Assembly (NCBI GenBank): GCA_963782055.1
Contig: CAWAIF010000003.1
Location: 4,992,001 to 5,056,000, forward strand
Direction: 5' to 3'
DNA from: an uncultured delta proteobacterium
GTDB lineage: Bacteria > Myxococcota_A > Polyangia > Polyangiales > Polyangiaceae
DNA: 64,000 nt
Under the pieces are notes generated by a model. It was not told the DNA's origin, did no database searches, and was given only the letters and a program-made list of their open reading frames with translations. Position 1 is the first letter of the stretch. Every line of letters begins with the position of its first letter. The position numbers and the translations under genes were made by a program. Shown in pieces: positions 1 through 8,800 of the stretch.

Positions 1-1278
1 CGCCTCGGCGTGAGCGCCCGACGCGAGGCTCGCGCGGCCCATCTCGAACCGGAAGAACGCGTCGAGCAGGCCGGGCGCGCCAAAGAGCACCGCGAGCGTC
101 TCGCACGCCTCCCGCGCCCTCGCCCCGGCGGCGGCGTGCTGGCCCATGTCGTTGCATGCGCACACGGCGTCGTAGCGCGCGAGCAGCGCCTCGAAGTCCG
201 CGCCGCCGCGACAGGCGGCTGCCTCGTCCAGGGTCGCGAGCGCCTCCTCCAGGCGCCCCTCACGGCGCAGCGCCGAGCCGCGGAGCGCGAGCACCTTGGC
301 CGCGAGCGCGCCGCGCGGACCGTCGACGCGGATCGCCTCCGCGTGCGCCGCGCCGAGCTCGGCGTTGGCGGCCGCGAGGCGCCCCTGGTCCAGGAGCTCC
401 CCGGCGCGCCGGAGCGCGTCGAGCAACGCGGCGTCGTCCTCGCCGAACGCCCGGACGCCCGACCGCGCGACGAGGACCGTCGGGCCGCGTGAGGTCGACT
501 CGATCACCACGTCGAAGAAGACGTTGCGCCCACCGTGCCACGCGGTGCCCGCGCGCAGCGCGATCAGACCCCACGCGGGCTGGCTCACCCCCGGGATGGA
601 CGCCATCTCGGCGTAGCGCTCGGCGACGGCGGGGAGGAGCTTCGGCGGGATCGCGGCGATGGCGTCGGCGGCCTCCACCCACCGCGCCCCGTCCCACGCC
701 CGGAGCTCCGGCGCGTCGCCGAGCGCGATGCGCATCCGCGTCCACCGACCCCGGGTGAGCGTGAGCAGCAACATGTTCGCGAGGCGCACCACCGGCGGGT
801 CCGGCGACTGTCCCCCGTCCGGCGCGGGTGCGGCCGCAGGGGGCGCCGCCTCGCCGTGGGCGAAGACGGTGATCAGGGCTCCCACGATGGACTGCTCCGA
901 GGCCACCTCCACCTCCAGGTCGGCCTGCGCGGCGAACTGCACCGCCGCGAGGGCGTCGTGGTCGGTCGGGTCCGCCGCCGCGACGCGGAGCACGCGGCCG
1001 CGCCTCGCCACCGGCGCCATCCGCGTGCGAAAGAGGAGCTTCGCGCCGAGCGCGTGGCACGCCTCACCGTCCAACTCCCCACCCCAGACAGGGAGGCCGT
1101 ACGCGCACGACCGGGCCTCCACGATCGCATCCTCCGAGAGCGCGCCGCGCACCACCAGCGCCGCCGCCACGCTCGTGTCCAGTGCCCTGGCGGTGTGACG
1201 CGCCCATTCCAGCTCCTGCGGGTCGAGGCCGCCGTCGAGCAGGACCCGCTCGAGCGGCGACGGCACCGGGGACGCCAT
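1..1278 (-). CDS. GspE/PilB N-terminal-like (degenerate MshEN) domain fused to TPR-like helices; runs off the window edge
   Basis: Hand translation from ATG 1278 is open to position 1 (not in the ORF track): MASPVPSPLERVLLDGGLDPQEL...LRVAAADPTDHDALAAVQF...PPVVRLANMLLL...ALRREGRLEEALATLDEA. No Walker A motif in the visible part. Confidence 0.65.
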   Translation of the reverse strand, partial: MASPVPSPLERVLLDGGLDPQELEWARHTARALDTSVAAALVVRGALSEDAIVEARSCAYGLPVWGGELDGEACHALGAKLLFRTRMAPVARRGRVLRVAAADPTDHDALAAVQFAAQADLEVEVASEQSIVGALITVFAHGEAAPPAAAPAPDGGQSPDPPVVRLANMLLLTLTRGRWTRMRIALGDAPELRAWDGARWVEAADAIAAIPPKLLPAVAERYAEMASIPGVSQPAWGLIALRAGTAWHGGRNVFFDVVIESTSRGPTVLVARSGVRAFGEDDAALLDALRRAGELLDQGRLAAANAELGAAHAEAIRVDGPRGALAAKVLALRGSALRREGRLEEALATLDEAAACRGGADFEALLARYDAVCACNDMGQHAAAGARAREACETLAVLFGAPGLLDAFFRFEMGRASLASGAHAEA

Positions 1279-1339
1279 CACCCGATGGTACCGCGTTGTG
1301 CGACCGGCGCGCGCTTCGCATGGTGTACGCTCGGGGCCG

Positions 1340-1945
1340 ATGCTCGGCCCCCTCGGCGTCCGCGGGTGGACCCGGTGCGGGCCGCTGGTCGCGGTCGCCG
1401 CGCTCCCGCTCCTCTGCGCGTGCACCCGCGTCGCGCGCGTGCACGTGTCGGCCGCGGAGGTCGCGGCCGCACGCGACCGGGTCGCCCACAGCCAGCGGCT
1501 GGACCTCCTGACTGGCGACGGCCTGTTGCCGGGCGGGCCCTCCGACGTGCTGCGCGTCGACAACGACGACGGCACGCACGTCACCTTCCCTCACCGCGTG
1601 ACGCTGGCCGAGGCGCTGCGCTCCGTCCACGGCGGTGCGACGCTCTCCGTCCGGCAGAGCGACCGGACCGACGCCTCGTGGACCGCGAGCACCCTCACCC
1701 TGACGTCGCTCGTCCTGTTCGGCAGCACCACGCCGGCGACGATCGCGGGGGAGGCATACCAGCTGCTGCACGACGAGTCGCTGGACAACGCCATCCCCAC
1801 CCCCAAGCTGGGCTGGTACCGATCCATCCTGGTGTTCGAGGGCGTCACGCTCGCCGCCACCGTCATCGGCGCGACGTTCTGGCTGATCAGCGGGCTGGTC
1901 TTTTGCCACCACACCGACCTCGGCGAGGGCCACTTCCTCCACTGA
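1340..1945 (+). CDS. Hypothetical lipoprotein/membrane protein
   Basis: Lipobox-like LLCAC, C-terminal hydrophobic helix; TACGCT 8 nt upstream of ATG 1340. Confidence 0.6.
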   Translation: MLGPLGVRGWTRCGPLVAVAALPLLCACTRVARVHVSAAEVAAARDRVAHSQRLDLLTGDGLLPGGPSDVLRVDNDDGTHVTFPHRVTLAEALRSVHGGATLSVRQSDRTDASWTASTLTLTSLVLFGSTTPATIAGEAYQLLHDESLDNAIPTPKLGWYRSILVFEGVTLAATVIGATFWLISGLVFCHHTDLGEGHFLH

Positions 1946-1946
1946 A

Positions 1947-3425
1947 TCAGCTCGGGGTCCGCGCGCGGCGCTTGCGACCCAGGCCGCGACGCTCCAGCAG
2001 GCGGTAGAGGGTGACGGCGTCGACCCCCGCCAGGGCGGCGGCCCGGCGCACGTCGCCCGACGTCTCGGCGAGCAGGTCCTCCAGGTAGCGCCGCTCCAGC
2101 GGGGCCAGCCACTCCTCGCGCAGCTCCCGCAGACCGCGTCGCGCTGCGGGGGCGGGGGCGGGCGCCGGGGCGACGATGGACCGCGGCAGGTGCTCCGGCC
2201 GGATCTCCTGCCCTGCGCTCAGGATCACCGCGTGCTCCAGCGCGTTCTTCAGCTCGCGCACGTTGCCGGGAAAGTCGTAGCTCGCCAGCGCGGCGAGCGC
2301 CGCCGGCGAGACGGGGCCCGCGGGCAGCGCGTGCCGCTCCGCCGCGAGCTTCACGAAGACGTGCGTCAGCACCTCCAGGTTGTCCTTGTAGCGGCGCAGC
2401 GGCGGCAGCTCGAAGGTGATGACCCCCAGCCGGTAGTACAGGTCGTCGCGGAAGCGCCCCTCCTTCACCATCGCCGCGAGGTCGCGGTTGGTGGCGCAGA
2501 CGAGGCGCACGTCCACGCGCTCCGGCGCGCCGTCGCTACCGAGCGGCTGCACCTCGCCGTACTCCACCGCGCGCAGCACCTTGGCCTGGAGCATCAGCGG
2601 GAGCTCGCCGATCTCGTCCAGGAAGAGCGTGCCGCCGTGGGCCTTCTGCATCTCCCCGATCTTGTGCGCGGTGGCCCCGGTGAAGGCGCCGCGGCGATGA
2701 CCGAAGAGGGTGCTCTCCAGCAGCGTGTCCGGCACCGCCGCCGCGTTGACGATGACGAACGGCCGATCGGCGCGCCGGCTGTTGAAGTGGATGGCGTGCG
2801 CCACCAGCTCCTTGCCCGTCCCGCTCTCCCCCTGGACGAGGACCGGCGCGCTGGTGGGCGCCGCGTACTCGATGCGCCGCTCCACCTCCGTCCACTCCGG
2901 CGAGAGGCCCTTGATGAGGAAGGGGCGTCCCGTCGCCGCGCGGGTCGCGCGCTCCAGCGCGGCGCGTCGAAGGAAGCGCGCCGACGACGCCGCGAGCGCC
3001 TCCAGCTCCTCGACGTGCTGCTCGCTGAAGGCGCCCGGCTCGCGCGCCGAGACGGTCAGCACCCCGATCACGCGGCGCTGGTAGCGAATGGGCACCGCGA
3101 CGATGGACCGGACCTCGAGGAAATACCGCGCGTAGTTGGGGTCCCCGCGCGTGTCGGCGGCGAGGTAGGGCGCGTCGTGCTCCAGCACCCAGAAGGCGAT
3201 GCCGTTGGGGCGGCCGTCGCGGCGCCGCTCGAGCACCGCGCCCGGGAGGTTCACCACCAGCCCCTCGACGACGTGGAAGTGCACCACGAGCGCGTCGCGC
3301 TTCGCGTCCCGGAGAAAGAGCGCGCCGTTGCGCGCCCCGGTCCGCGCGAGGGCCTCCTCCATCAGCCGCTGCTCGATGGTCTCCGCCTCCGCGGCGTGCA
3401 GTCGGTGCTCCGAGCCTCGCGCCAT
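1947..3425 (-). CDS. Sigma-54-dependent transcriptional activator (GAF + AAA+ + Fis-type HTH)
   Basis: GESGTGKE Walker A, GAFTGA, LFLDEIGE, FRDDLYYRL, FPGNVREL, C-terminal HTH; N-terminal GAF (RSIVAVPI...IGVLTV). Start chosen at ATG 3425. Confidence 0.95.
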   Translation of the reverse strand: MARGSEHRLHAAEAETIEQRLMEEALARTGARNGALFLRDAKRDALVVHFHVVEGLVVNLPGAVLERRRDGRPNGIAFWVLEHDAPYLAADTRGDPNYARYFLEVRSIVAVPIRYQRRVIGVLTVSAREPGAFSEQHVEELEALAASSARFLRRAALERATRAATGRPFLIKGLSPEWTEVERRIEYAAPTSAPVLVQGESGTGKELVAHAIHFNSRRADRPFVIVNAAAVPDTLLESTLFGHRRGAFTGATAHKIGEMQKAHGGTLFLDEIGELPLMLQAKVLRAVEYGEVQPLGSDGAPERVDVRLVCATNRDLAAMVKEGRFRDDLYYRLGVITFELPPLRRYKDNLEVLTHVFVKLAAERHALPAGPVSPAALAALASYDFPGNVRELKNALEHAVILSAGQEIRPEHLPRSIVAPAPAPAPAARRGLRELREEWLAPLERRYLEDLLAETSGDVRRAAALAGVDAVTLYRLLERRGLGRKRRARTPS

Positions 3426-3449
3426 GGGATTGCGATGATTCCACTGGAC

Positions 3450-3470
3450 TTGCATTTCTGCAACAGTTGC
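3450..3470. promoter_or_regulatory. Putative enhancer (UAS) for the sigma-54 activator
   Basis: Overlapping palindromes TTGCA-TTTC-TGCAA (3450-3463) and GCAAC-A-GTTGC (3460-3470) in an AT-rich patch about 70-90 bp upstream of a -24/-12 motif. Confidence 0.5.
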
Positions 3471-3536
3471 TATCATTCGCACAACTACGGGCGCGCCGAC
3501 TCCGCGGTTTCCCGCGGGGAGCAGGAGGCGGAGGCG

Positions 3537-3552
3537 TGGCACGCGTCTTGTA
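3537..3552 (+). promoter_or_regulatory. Putative sigma-54 (-24/-12) promoter
   Basis: TGGCACG-CGTC-TTGTA versus consensus TGGCACG-N4-TTGCW; one mismatch (GC>GT at -12); divergent from the activator gene. Confidence 0.65.
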
Positions 3553-3566
3553 AAAGGCCGCGCATC

Positions 3567-3767
3567 ATGAAGGTGCCCGTCGTCCTCGAGCCCAGCGTCC
3601 GCACCGGACGCGTCCGCGCCTACTGCCCCGACCTGCCCGGCTGCTCCGCCGTCGCCGGGTCGGAGCCGGACGCCCTCGCCCTGCTCCGTCGGCGCATCGA
3701 GGACTACTTCGCCCGCTCCCCCCTGCGCGCCGCACCCGGCACGCGCACCACCACCGTCGAAGTCTGA
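3567..3767 (+). CDS. HicB-like antitoxin-fold protein (66 aa, no DNA-binding domain)
   Basis: MKVPVVLEP...RAYCPDLPGCSAVAGSEPDALALLRRRIEDYF matches the HicB N-terminal pattern (PDLPGC...G....EA); buried at the end of ORF 2190..3767. Confidence 0.75.
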   Translation: MKVPVVLEPSVRTGRVRAYCPDLPGCSAVAGSEPDALALLRRRIEDYFARSPLRAAPGTRTTTVEV

Positions 3768-3790
3768 AAGCACCGCACAGGAAGCTCGCC

Positions 3791-5071
3791 ATGAACCACC
3801 GCCTCGCCCTCGCCCTGCTCGCCTCGTCGCTCTTCTTCCCGGCCTGCGCCATGAACACCGGTGATCCCACGGCGTCCAGCTCCGGGGCCGCGCTCAGCAT
3901 GTCGGCGGACGACGCCGCGCGTGTGCTCGCGCTGGTCAACTACCCCGGCACCGACCGCACGACGCTGGACGACGCCGTGGGCCTGGACGCCCGCGCGGCG
4001 CAGAACATCGCGGCGTACCGCGCCGGCGACGACGGCGTCGTGCCGTCGGCGGACGACCGCTACTTCGGCGACCTCGGCGAGCTCGACGCCGTCCCGTACG
4101 TCGGCGACTCGGCCTTCCAGAAGCTCCAGGCCTACGCAGCCAACCACGCGGTGCCCGCGGCGGAGTCGGTGGAGGGCGTCTACTTCCGCGGCTGGCAGTC
4201 ACAGACGGTGGTGTGGGCGGTCGATCACCTGGACGAGGCGTCGCTCGACGCGGTGCTCGACTCCCGCGCCGCCAAGAATCTGGTGGCGGCCCGCCCCTTC
4301 TCCACGGTGACGGCCATGGGCCCGGTCTCGTACGTGGGCGGCAGCGCGCTCGCCAGCCTGCGTGACGCCGCGACCACGTGGTGGCCGCTGATGCAGTCCA
4401 ACGCCACCGAGAGCCTGGCCGGGACCTTCGACGGCGTCGCCTTCGACGAGCCGACGGCGGAGACGGCCCTGGAGATCGCCAACCAGGCGAGCGCGGCGCG
4501 GCTCACCGCGCATGGCGTGGCGACGCACCCCGCCGACCTGATGGTCGCCGGCCGCGCCTACACCACGCTCGCCGCGGTGGCGGGCGTCTCCGGCGTGGGC
4601 ACGGCGACGATGGCCGCCCTCCACGACTACGCGACGAGCGGCGACTGGGGCCAGGACCCCAACGCGTGCGTCGACGCCTTCCAGGCCGCGGTCTCGCCGC
4701 ACCTGGGCGATCTCTTGCTGATGAGCGAGAGCGATCGCCCGCTCGACCTCGTCTCGTACCCCGGCGCGGGCACGCAGGCGCCCACCGCCGACTCGGTGCT
4801 CGCCCTCGTCGGCGCGGAGGCGGGGAGCACCGCGGAGGTTCGCACCCTCGACTACTTCAAGATGGTGCTCGAGCCCTCCAGCGACAACGCCGACCCCAAC
4901 GCCGCGGCGGACGTGGTGGCGGCGATCGGGGCGCAGCTCACCGACGTCATCGTGGTGAAGGTGCACAAGCCCCAGAACGACCCCTACAGCGCCGAGGTGG
5001 ACATGTACGTGCTCGGCCGCACCTCCTGCGGCGATCTGGTGGGCCTCCACGCCATCGCGATCGAGACCTGA
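3791..5071 (+). CDS. Lipoprotein with three helix-hairpin-helix (ComEA-like) repeats and a C-terminal NuiA (nuclease A inhibitor)-like domain
   Basis: Lipobox FFPAC; repeats ending ELDAVPYVG / MGPVSYVG / VAGVSGVG; NuiA-like LLLMSESDRP and terminal EVDMYVLGRTSCGDLVGLHAIAIET. Confidence 0.8.
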   Translation: MNHRLALALLASSLFFPACAMNTGDPTASSSGAALSMSADDAARVLALVNYPGTDRTTLDDAVGLDARAAQNIAAYRAGDDGVVPSADDRYFGDLGELDAVPYVGDSAFQKLQAYAANHAVPAAESVEGVYFRGWQSQTVVWAVDHLDEASLDAVLDSRAAKNLVAARPFSTVTAMGPVSYVGGSALASLRDAATTWWPLMQSNATESLAGTFDGVAFDEPTAETALEIANQASAARLTAHGVATHPADLMVAGRAYTTLAAVAGVSGVGTATMAALHDYATSGDWGQDPNACVDAFQAAVSPHLGDLLLMSESDRPLDLVSYPGAGTQAPTADSVLALVGAEAGSTAEVRTLDYFKMVLEPSSDNADPNAAADVVAAIGAQLTDVIVVKVHKPQNDPYSAEVDMYVLGRTSCGDLVGLHAIAIET

Positions 5072-5152
5072 ACCGGTCGCAGGCGCCGCGGCCCTCCGCG
5101 CGTCGGGCTTCCCGGCCTGGAATGGATCTCCGCACCGACCCCGCGCGGGCAG

Positions 5153-5842
5153 TTGCCGCGCGGCGCCGGCGCATCGACCGCCCCTGCTACTGGATGGTGG
5201 CCATGCCCGAGGGCGCGGCGGGCCCGGCGCTTATGTCCTGCATGGTCGGCGCCCGCGGTGCTGTGGCCGTCGGTGCGCGCGCTGCGCAAGCGACACCCGC
5301 GCCTGCTGCCTCGCCTCCTCGTCCTCGACCCCACCCACCTTCAGGAGTCGCTGCTGCGCGGCGAGGTGGACGTCGCGCTGCTCGACCGGCCGCCGCCACC
5401 CAGCGCGGAGCTCTTCGTCGAGCGGCTCGGGCGGCTGGGTCACGGCATCTTCGCGCCGCCCGGTCACCCCCTGGCGGGCCGGCGCAACCTCGATCTGCGG
5501 GAGGTCGCGACGTACGCGTTCGCCGTCGCCGCACCGCGCGCCGACGATCCCGTGCCGCCCGACCGCTGGCCCGCGGAGATCCCGCGCGAGGAGCTGCTGC
5601 GCGTGGCGGACGTCGCCATGGCCGCCGACGCGTGCGCGGAGGTCGGCGTGCTGGCGGTCCTGCCCGATCTGGTGGGACGAGGTCACGCCGGCGGGCTCCG
5701 CCGCCTCCCGGTGGCGCTGCCGTCTGGCGCGGAGGCCGATCTCTATGCGGTGGCCCGGGCGCCGGCGGGCGGCGCGCACCATGCCCGCACCGACGCCGCG
5801 CTGGAGGTGCTGCGCGCGCGGGCGGGTACGCTCTCGACCTGA
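5153..5842 (+). CDS. LysR-type substrate-binding domain without HTH (start uncertain, possibly truncated)
   Basis: VLWPSVRALRKRHPRL...LLRGEVDVALL...APPGHPLA...GVLAVLPD. Confidence 0.6.
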   Translation: MPRGAGASTAPATGWWPCPRARRARRLCPAWSAPAVLWPSVRALRKRHPRLLPRLLVLDPTHLQESLLRGEVDVALLDRPPPPSAELFVERLGRLGHGIFAPPGHPLAGRRNLDLREVATYAFAVAAPRADDPVPPDRWPAEIPREELLRVADVAMAADACAEVGVLAVLPDLVGRGHAGGLRRLPVALPSGAEADLYAVARAPAGGAHHARTDAALEVLRARAGTLST

Positions 5843-5880
5843 CGTCGCGCGCCGAGGCCGAACATCGGTATGCTGGGCGG

Positions 5881-6585
5881 ATGAGCCGCTGGCGTGTCGC
5901 GTGGGGCCTTTGGATCGCCTTGCTGGTGGGCTGCGAGAACGCGCAGCCGGCGCAGCCGCCACCCGCCGCGCCGCCTGCGGTCACCACCACCGCGACGGCG
6001 ACCGCCTCGGCGCCGCCGGCCGCGAGCGACGCCGCCGCCGCACCGCCGCCCTCCGCTTCGAGCACGGCCGGCTCCCCGCTGCTGCAGCCCATGCCGGACG
6101 GCAGGAGCACGCCGGACCCGAAGGCCATGCTCGCCTCCGGACAGGCCGCGTCCCCGCTGGCGCTGGAGATCGCGCGCATGCTCGGGTCGGCGGCGCGCCA
6201 CGCGACGCGCTCCGGCGTCTGCTACGACGGCTCCGGCTGGGTGGTGGCGATCGATGAGGTCGCGCTCGATGGCGCGCCCCACGCCACCGCCGGCCAGACG
6301 TCCGTCGGGGTGCGCTACCGTGTCTCGCGCGTGGCAGAGCACGACACGCGCGGCTGCGGCGCCGACCCCGACTGCGCCTCGCCGAAGCCGATCGTTGCAG
6401 CTGAGCAGATGACCGTCGACTTCGCGCGAGCGGGGAAGAGGTTGCGCATGCGCGTGCCCGCGGAGGTGCCGGGCGTCCTCGGCGGCAAGGCTGGCCTGCC
6501 CGGCGCCACCCCGCTCTCCCGGGACCACGACACCGCCTGCTACGGTCACGAGCCACCCTTCGTCCCGGAGCCGATCTCCCCCTGA
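5881..6585 (+). CDS. Hypothetical lipoprotein
   Basis: MSRWRVAWGLWIALLVGC lipobox, Pro/Ala linker; TATGCT 6 nt upstream. Confidence 0.75.
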   Translation: MSRWRVAWGLWIALLVGCENAQPAQPPPAAPPAVTTTATATASAPPAASDAAAAPPPSASSTAGSPLLQPMPDGRSTPDPKAMLASGQAASPLALEIARMLGSAARHATRSGVCYDGSGWVVAIDEVALDGAPHATAGQTSVGVRYRVSRVAEHDTRGCGADPDCASPKPIVAAEQMTVDFARAGKRLRMRVPAEVPGVLGGKAGLPGATPLSRDHDTACYGHEPPFVPEPISP

Positions 6586-6629
6586 CCGTCTCGCCCTGAC
6601 GCAGCCGCCGTCGGCTATGCTGGAGCGCG

Positions 6630-8081
6630 ATGCGCTCCTTCTTCCTCCTCCTCGCGATCCCGGCGCTCGTGGCGTGCAGCACGCAGGACACGGGCTCCGC
6701 CCCGGACGACGCGGGGGAGCCCGACGTCGACACGCGCCCGCCCACGCCGACGGAGTGGGACCGGCCGGTCACTCGCCCGGACGACTCGCAGGCGGACGCC
6801 GACCGCGCGGCGTGCAAGTTCGCGCGCGGGGCGCTGGCGGGGGAGACGCTCGGCAAGAGCACGCCCATCGAGGACGACATCCCCATCCAGAACATCGTGT
6901 TTTTGGTGATGGAGAACCACTCCTTCGACAACTACTACTCGAAGCTTGCAGAGTACACGCATCGCACCAACATCGAGGTCGCGCCGGCCGACGCGTCCAA
7001 CCCCGACCTCGTCGACGGCGGCACCAAGACCATCCTGCGGCAGCACGCGCCCCACAAGTGCACGCTGGACACCGGGCACGGCTGGCGCGCCTCCCACCAG
7101 GAGTACGACGACGGCAAGAACGACGGCTTCGTCCAGGTCAACGAGGAGGGCACGCCCCTCGGCGCCGGGGAGCAATCGCTCTACTACTGGGACCAGAGCG
7201 ACATCCCCTTCTACTACCAGCTCTCCAGCACCTTCGCGATCGCCGACCACTACCACTGCTCGCTGCTCGGCCCCACCTGGCCGAACCGCATGTTCACCTA
7301 CGCGGCGACGAGCTTCGGCCGCACCAGCAACGACCTGCCGGACCTCTCCGGGTACCCCTTCCCCGACAAGGACGCGACGATCCTGGACGAGCTGGAGAAG
7401 CGCCACGTGGACTGGGGCGTCTACTCCGATGGCCCGTCCGGCGCGCTCACGGTCTACGGCGCGGCCGTCCTCTCGCGCTGGGGCCGGCGCGTGACGCACT
7501 TCGACTCCGACTTCTTCACCGATGCCGCCGCCGGCACCCTGCCGCAGGTGGCGTACCTCGACGCCAACTCGCTCTCGGAGGGTCCGGCGGGCAACGACGA
7601 GCACCCCCCCGCGGACGTGCAGATCGGGCAGAAGTTCGTGAGCGACGTGGTGCACGCCCTCTTCGCCAGCCCGCAGTGGCCGCACCTGGCGCTGTTCATC
7701 ACCTACGACGAGCACGGCGGCTACTACGATCACGTCCCGCCGCCAAAGGCGTGCCTGCCCGGCGATCACGCCCCCATCCTCTCCGACAAGGACCCGCCGG
7801 GCGACTTCGACCGCTACGGGTTCCGGGTGCCGTTCATCGTCGTCTCTCCGTACGCGAAGAAGGCGTACGTCTCGCACACGACCTACGACCACACGAGCAT
7901 CCTGCGCTTCATCGAGGCCAAATTCCGCGTGCCCGCGCTGACCGGCCGCGACGCCAACGCCAACGTGATGACCGACATGTTCGACTTCGCCAACCCGCCG
8001 TTCCTCACGCCGCCGGACATCCCCGCGCCGACGATCGACCAGACCGAGGCGGACTACTGCGTGGCGACGTACTCCAAGTGA
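6630..8081 (+). CDS. Phosphoesterase / phospholipase C (AcpA/PlcH family) lipoprotein
   Basis: MENHSFDNYY, GPTWPNR, DEHPP, TYDEHGGYYDHVPPP, GFRVPFIVVSP, YDHTSILRFIE. Confidence 0.93.
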   Translation: MRSFFLLLAIPALVACSTQDTGSAPDDAGEPDVDTRPPTPTEWDRPVTRPDDSQADADRAACKFARGALAGETLGKSTPIEDDIPIQNIVFLVMENHSFDNYYSKLAEYTHRTNIEVAPADASNPDLVDGGTKTILRQHAPHKCTLDTGHGWRASHQEYDDGKNDGFVQVNEEGTPLGAGEQSLYYWDQSDIPFYYQLSSTFAIADHYHCSLLGPTWPNRMFTYAATSFGRTSNDLPDLSGYPFPDKDATILDELEKRHVDWGVYSDGPSGALTVYGAAVLSRWGRRVTHFDSDFFTDAAAGTLPQVAYLDANSLSEGPAGNDEHPPADVQIGQKFVSDVVHALFASPQWPHLALFITYDEHGGYYDHVPPPKACLPGDHAPILSDKDPPGDFDRYGFRVPFIVVSPYAKKAYVSHTTYDHTSILRFIEAKFRVPALTGRDANANVMTDMFDFANPPFLTPPDIPAPTIDQTEADYCVATYSK

Positions 8082-8102
8082 GCGCCTCGGGCGCGGCGCG
8101 GG

Positions 8103-8729
8103 CTACATGCCCACCATGCGCATCAGGACACGCACGGTGGCCTCCACCTTCGCCGGCTCGGCGATCGCGGTGATGATGATGCCGTAGACGGCGCCCGCCA
8201 GGTGCGCGTCGTGGTTGACGTTGTCCTTCGCGCGGCGGGAGCTCCAGACGCTGTAGATCATGTACAGCACGCCGAAGACGATGCCCGGGACGCGCACCGG
8301 GATGAACGGCACGCCGACCTGCAGGTGGCCGTCGAGCAGGATGGCGCTGAGCATCACCGCCGCCACCGCGCCGGAGGCGCCGAGGGAGCTGTAGCGCGGC
8401 TGCTTCCAGTAGCGGATCAGCGTCGGCACGTGCGCGGCGACGACGGCGCTCACGTAGAAGGCGAGGAAGGGCAGGTCCCCGAAGGTGATCCGGACCCGGG
8501 CGGCGAAGCCGTACAGGACGTAGAGGTTCAGCGCGAGGTGCGTCAGGTCGGCGTGAAGCCAGCCGGCGGTGAGCATCCGGTAGACCTCGCCCCGGCGCAC
8601 GCGGTCGGCGTTGAAGATGAGCGCGCGCTTCACCGGCTCGCTCGCGAACCCGATGACGCTGACGATCGCCACCGAGATCATGATGAGGTGGGTGACTGTC
8701 AGCCCGTGGACGGCGGCGGAGGCATTCAT
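8103..8729 (-). CDS. Rhomboid family intramembrane serine protease
   Basis: WLHADLTHLALN, GASGAV, HDAHLAGA; several TM helices. Confidence 0.93.
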   Translation of the reverse strand: MNASAAVHGLTVTHLIMISVAIVSVIGFASEPVKRALIFNADRVRRGEVYRMLTAGWLHADLTHLALNLYVLYGFAARVRITFGDLPFLAFYVSAVVAAHVPTLIRYWKQPRYSSLGASGAVAAVMLSAILLDGHLQVGVPFIPVRVPGIVFGVLYMIYSVWSSRRAKDNVNHDAHLAGAVYGIIITAIAEPAKVEATVRVLMRMVGM

Positions 8730-8800
8730 TCCGCGGACGAGGGTAGCCGATCACGCTCCGCCCGGGAGCGTGCCCAGCCCGGCCGTGGTAGCGTCCGGGG

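Noticed and set aside
3567..3767. Complete HicAB toxin-antitoxin module
   Set aside because: No HicA-like ORF on either side; reported as an orphan HicB-like gene.
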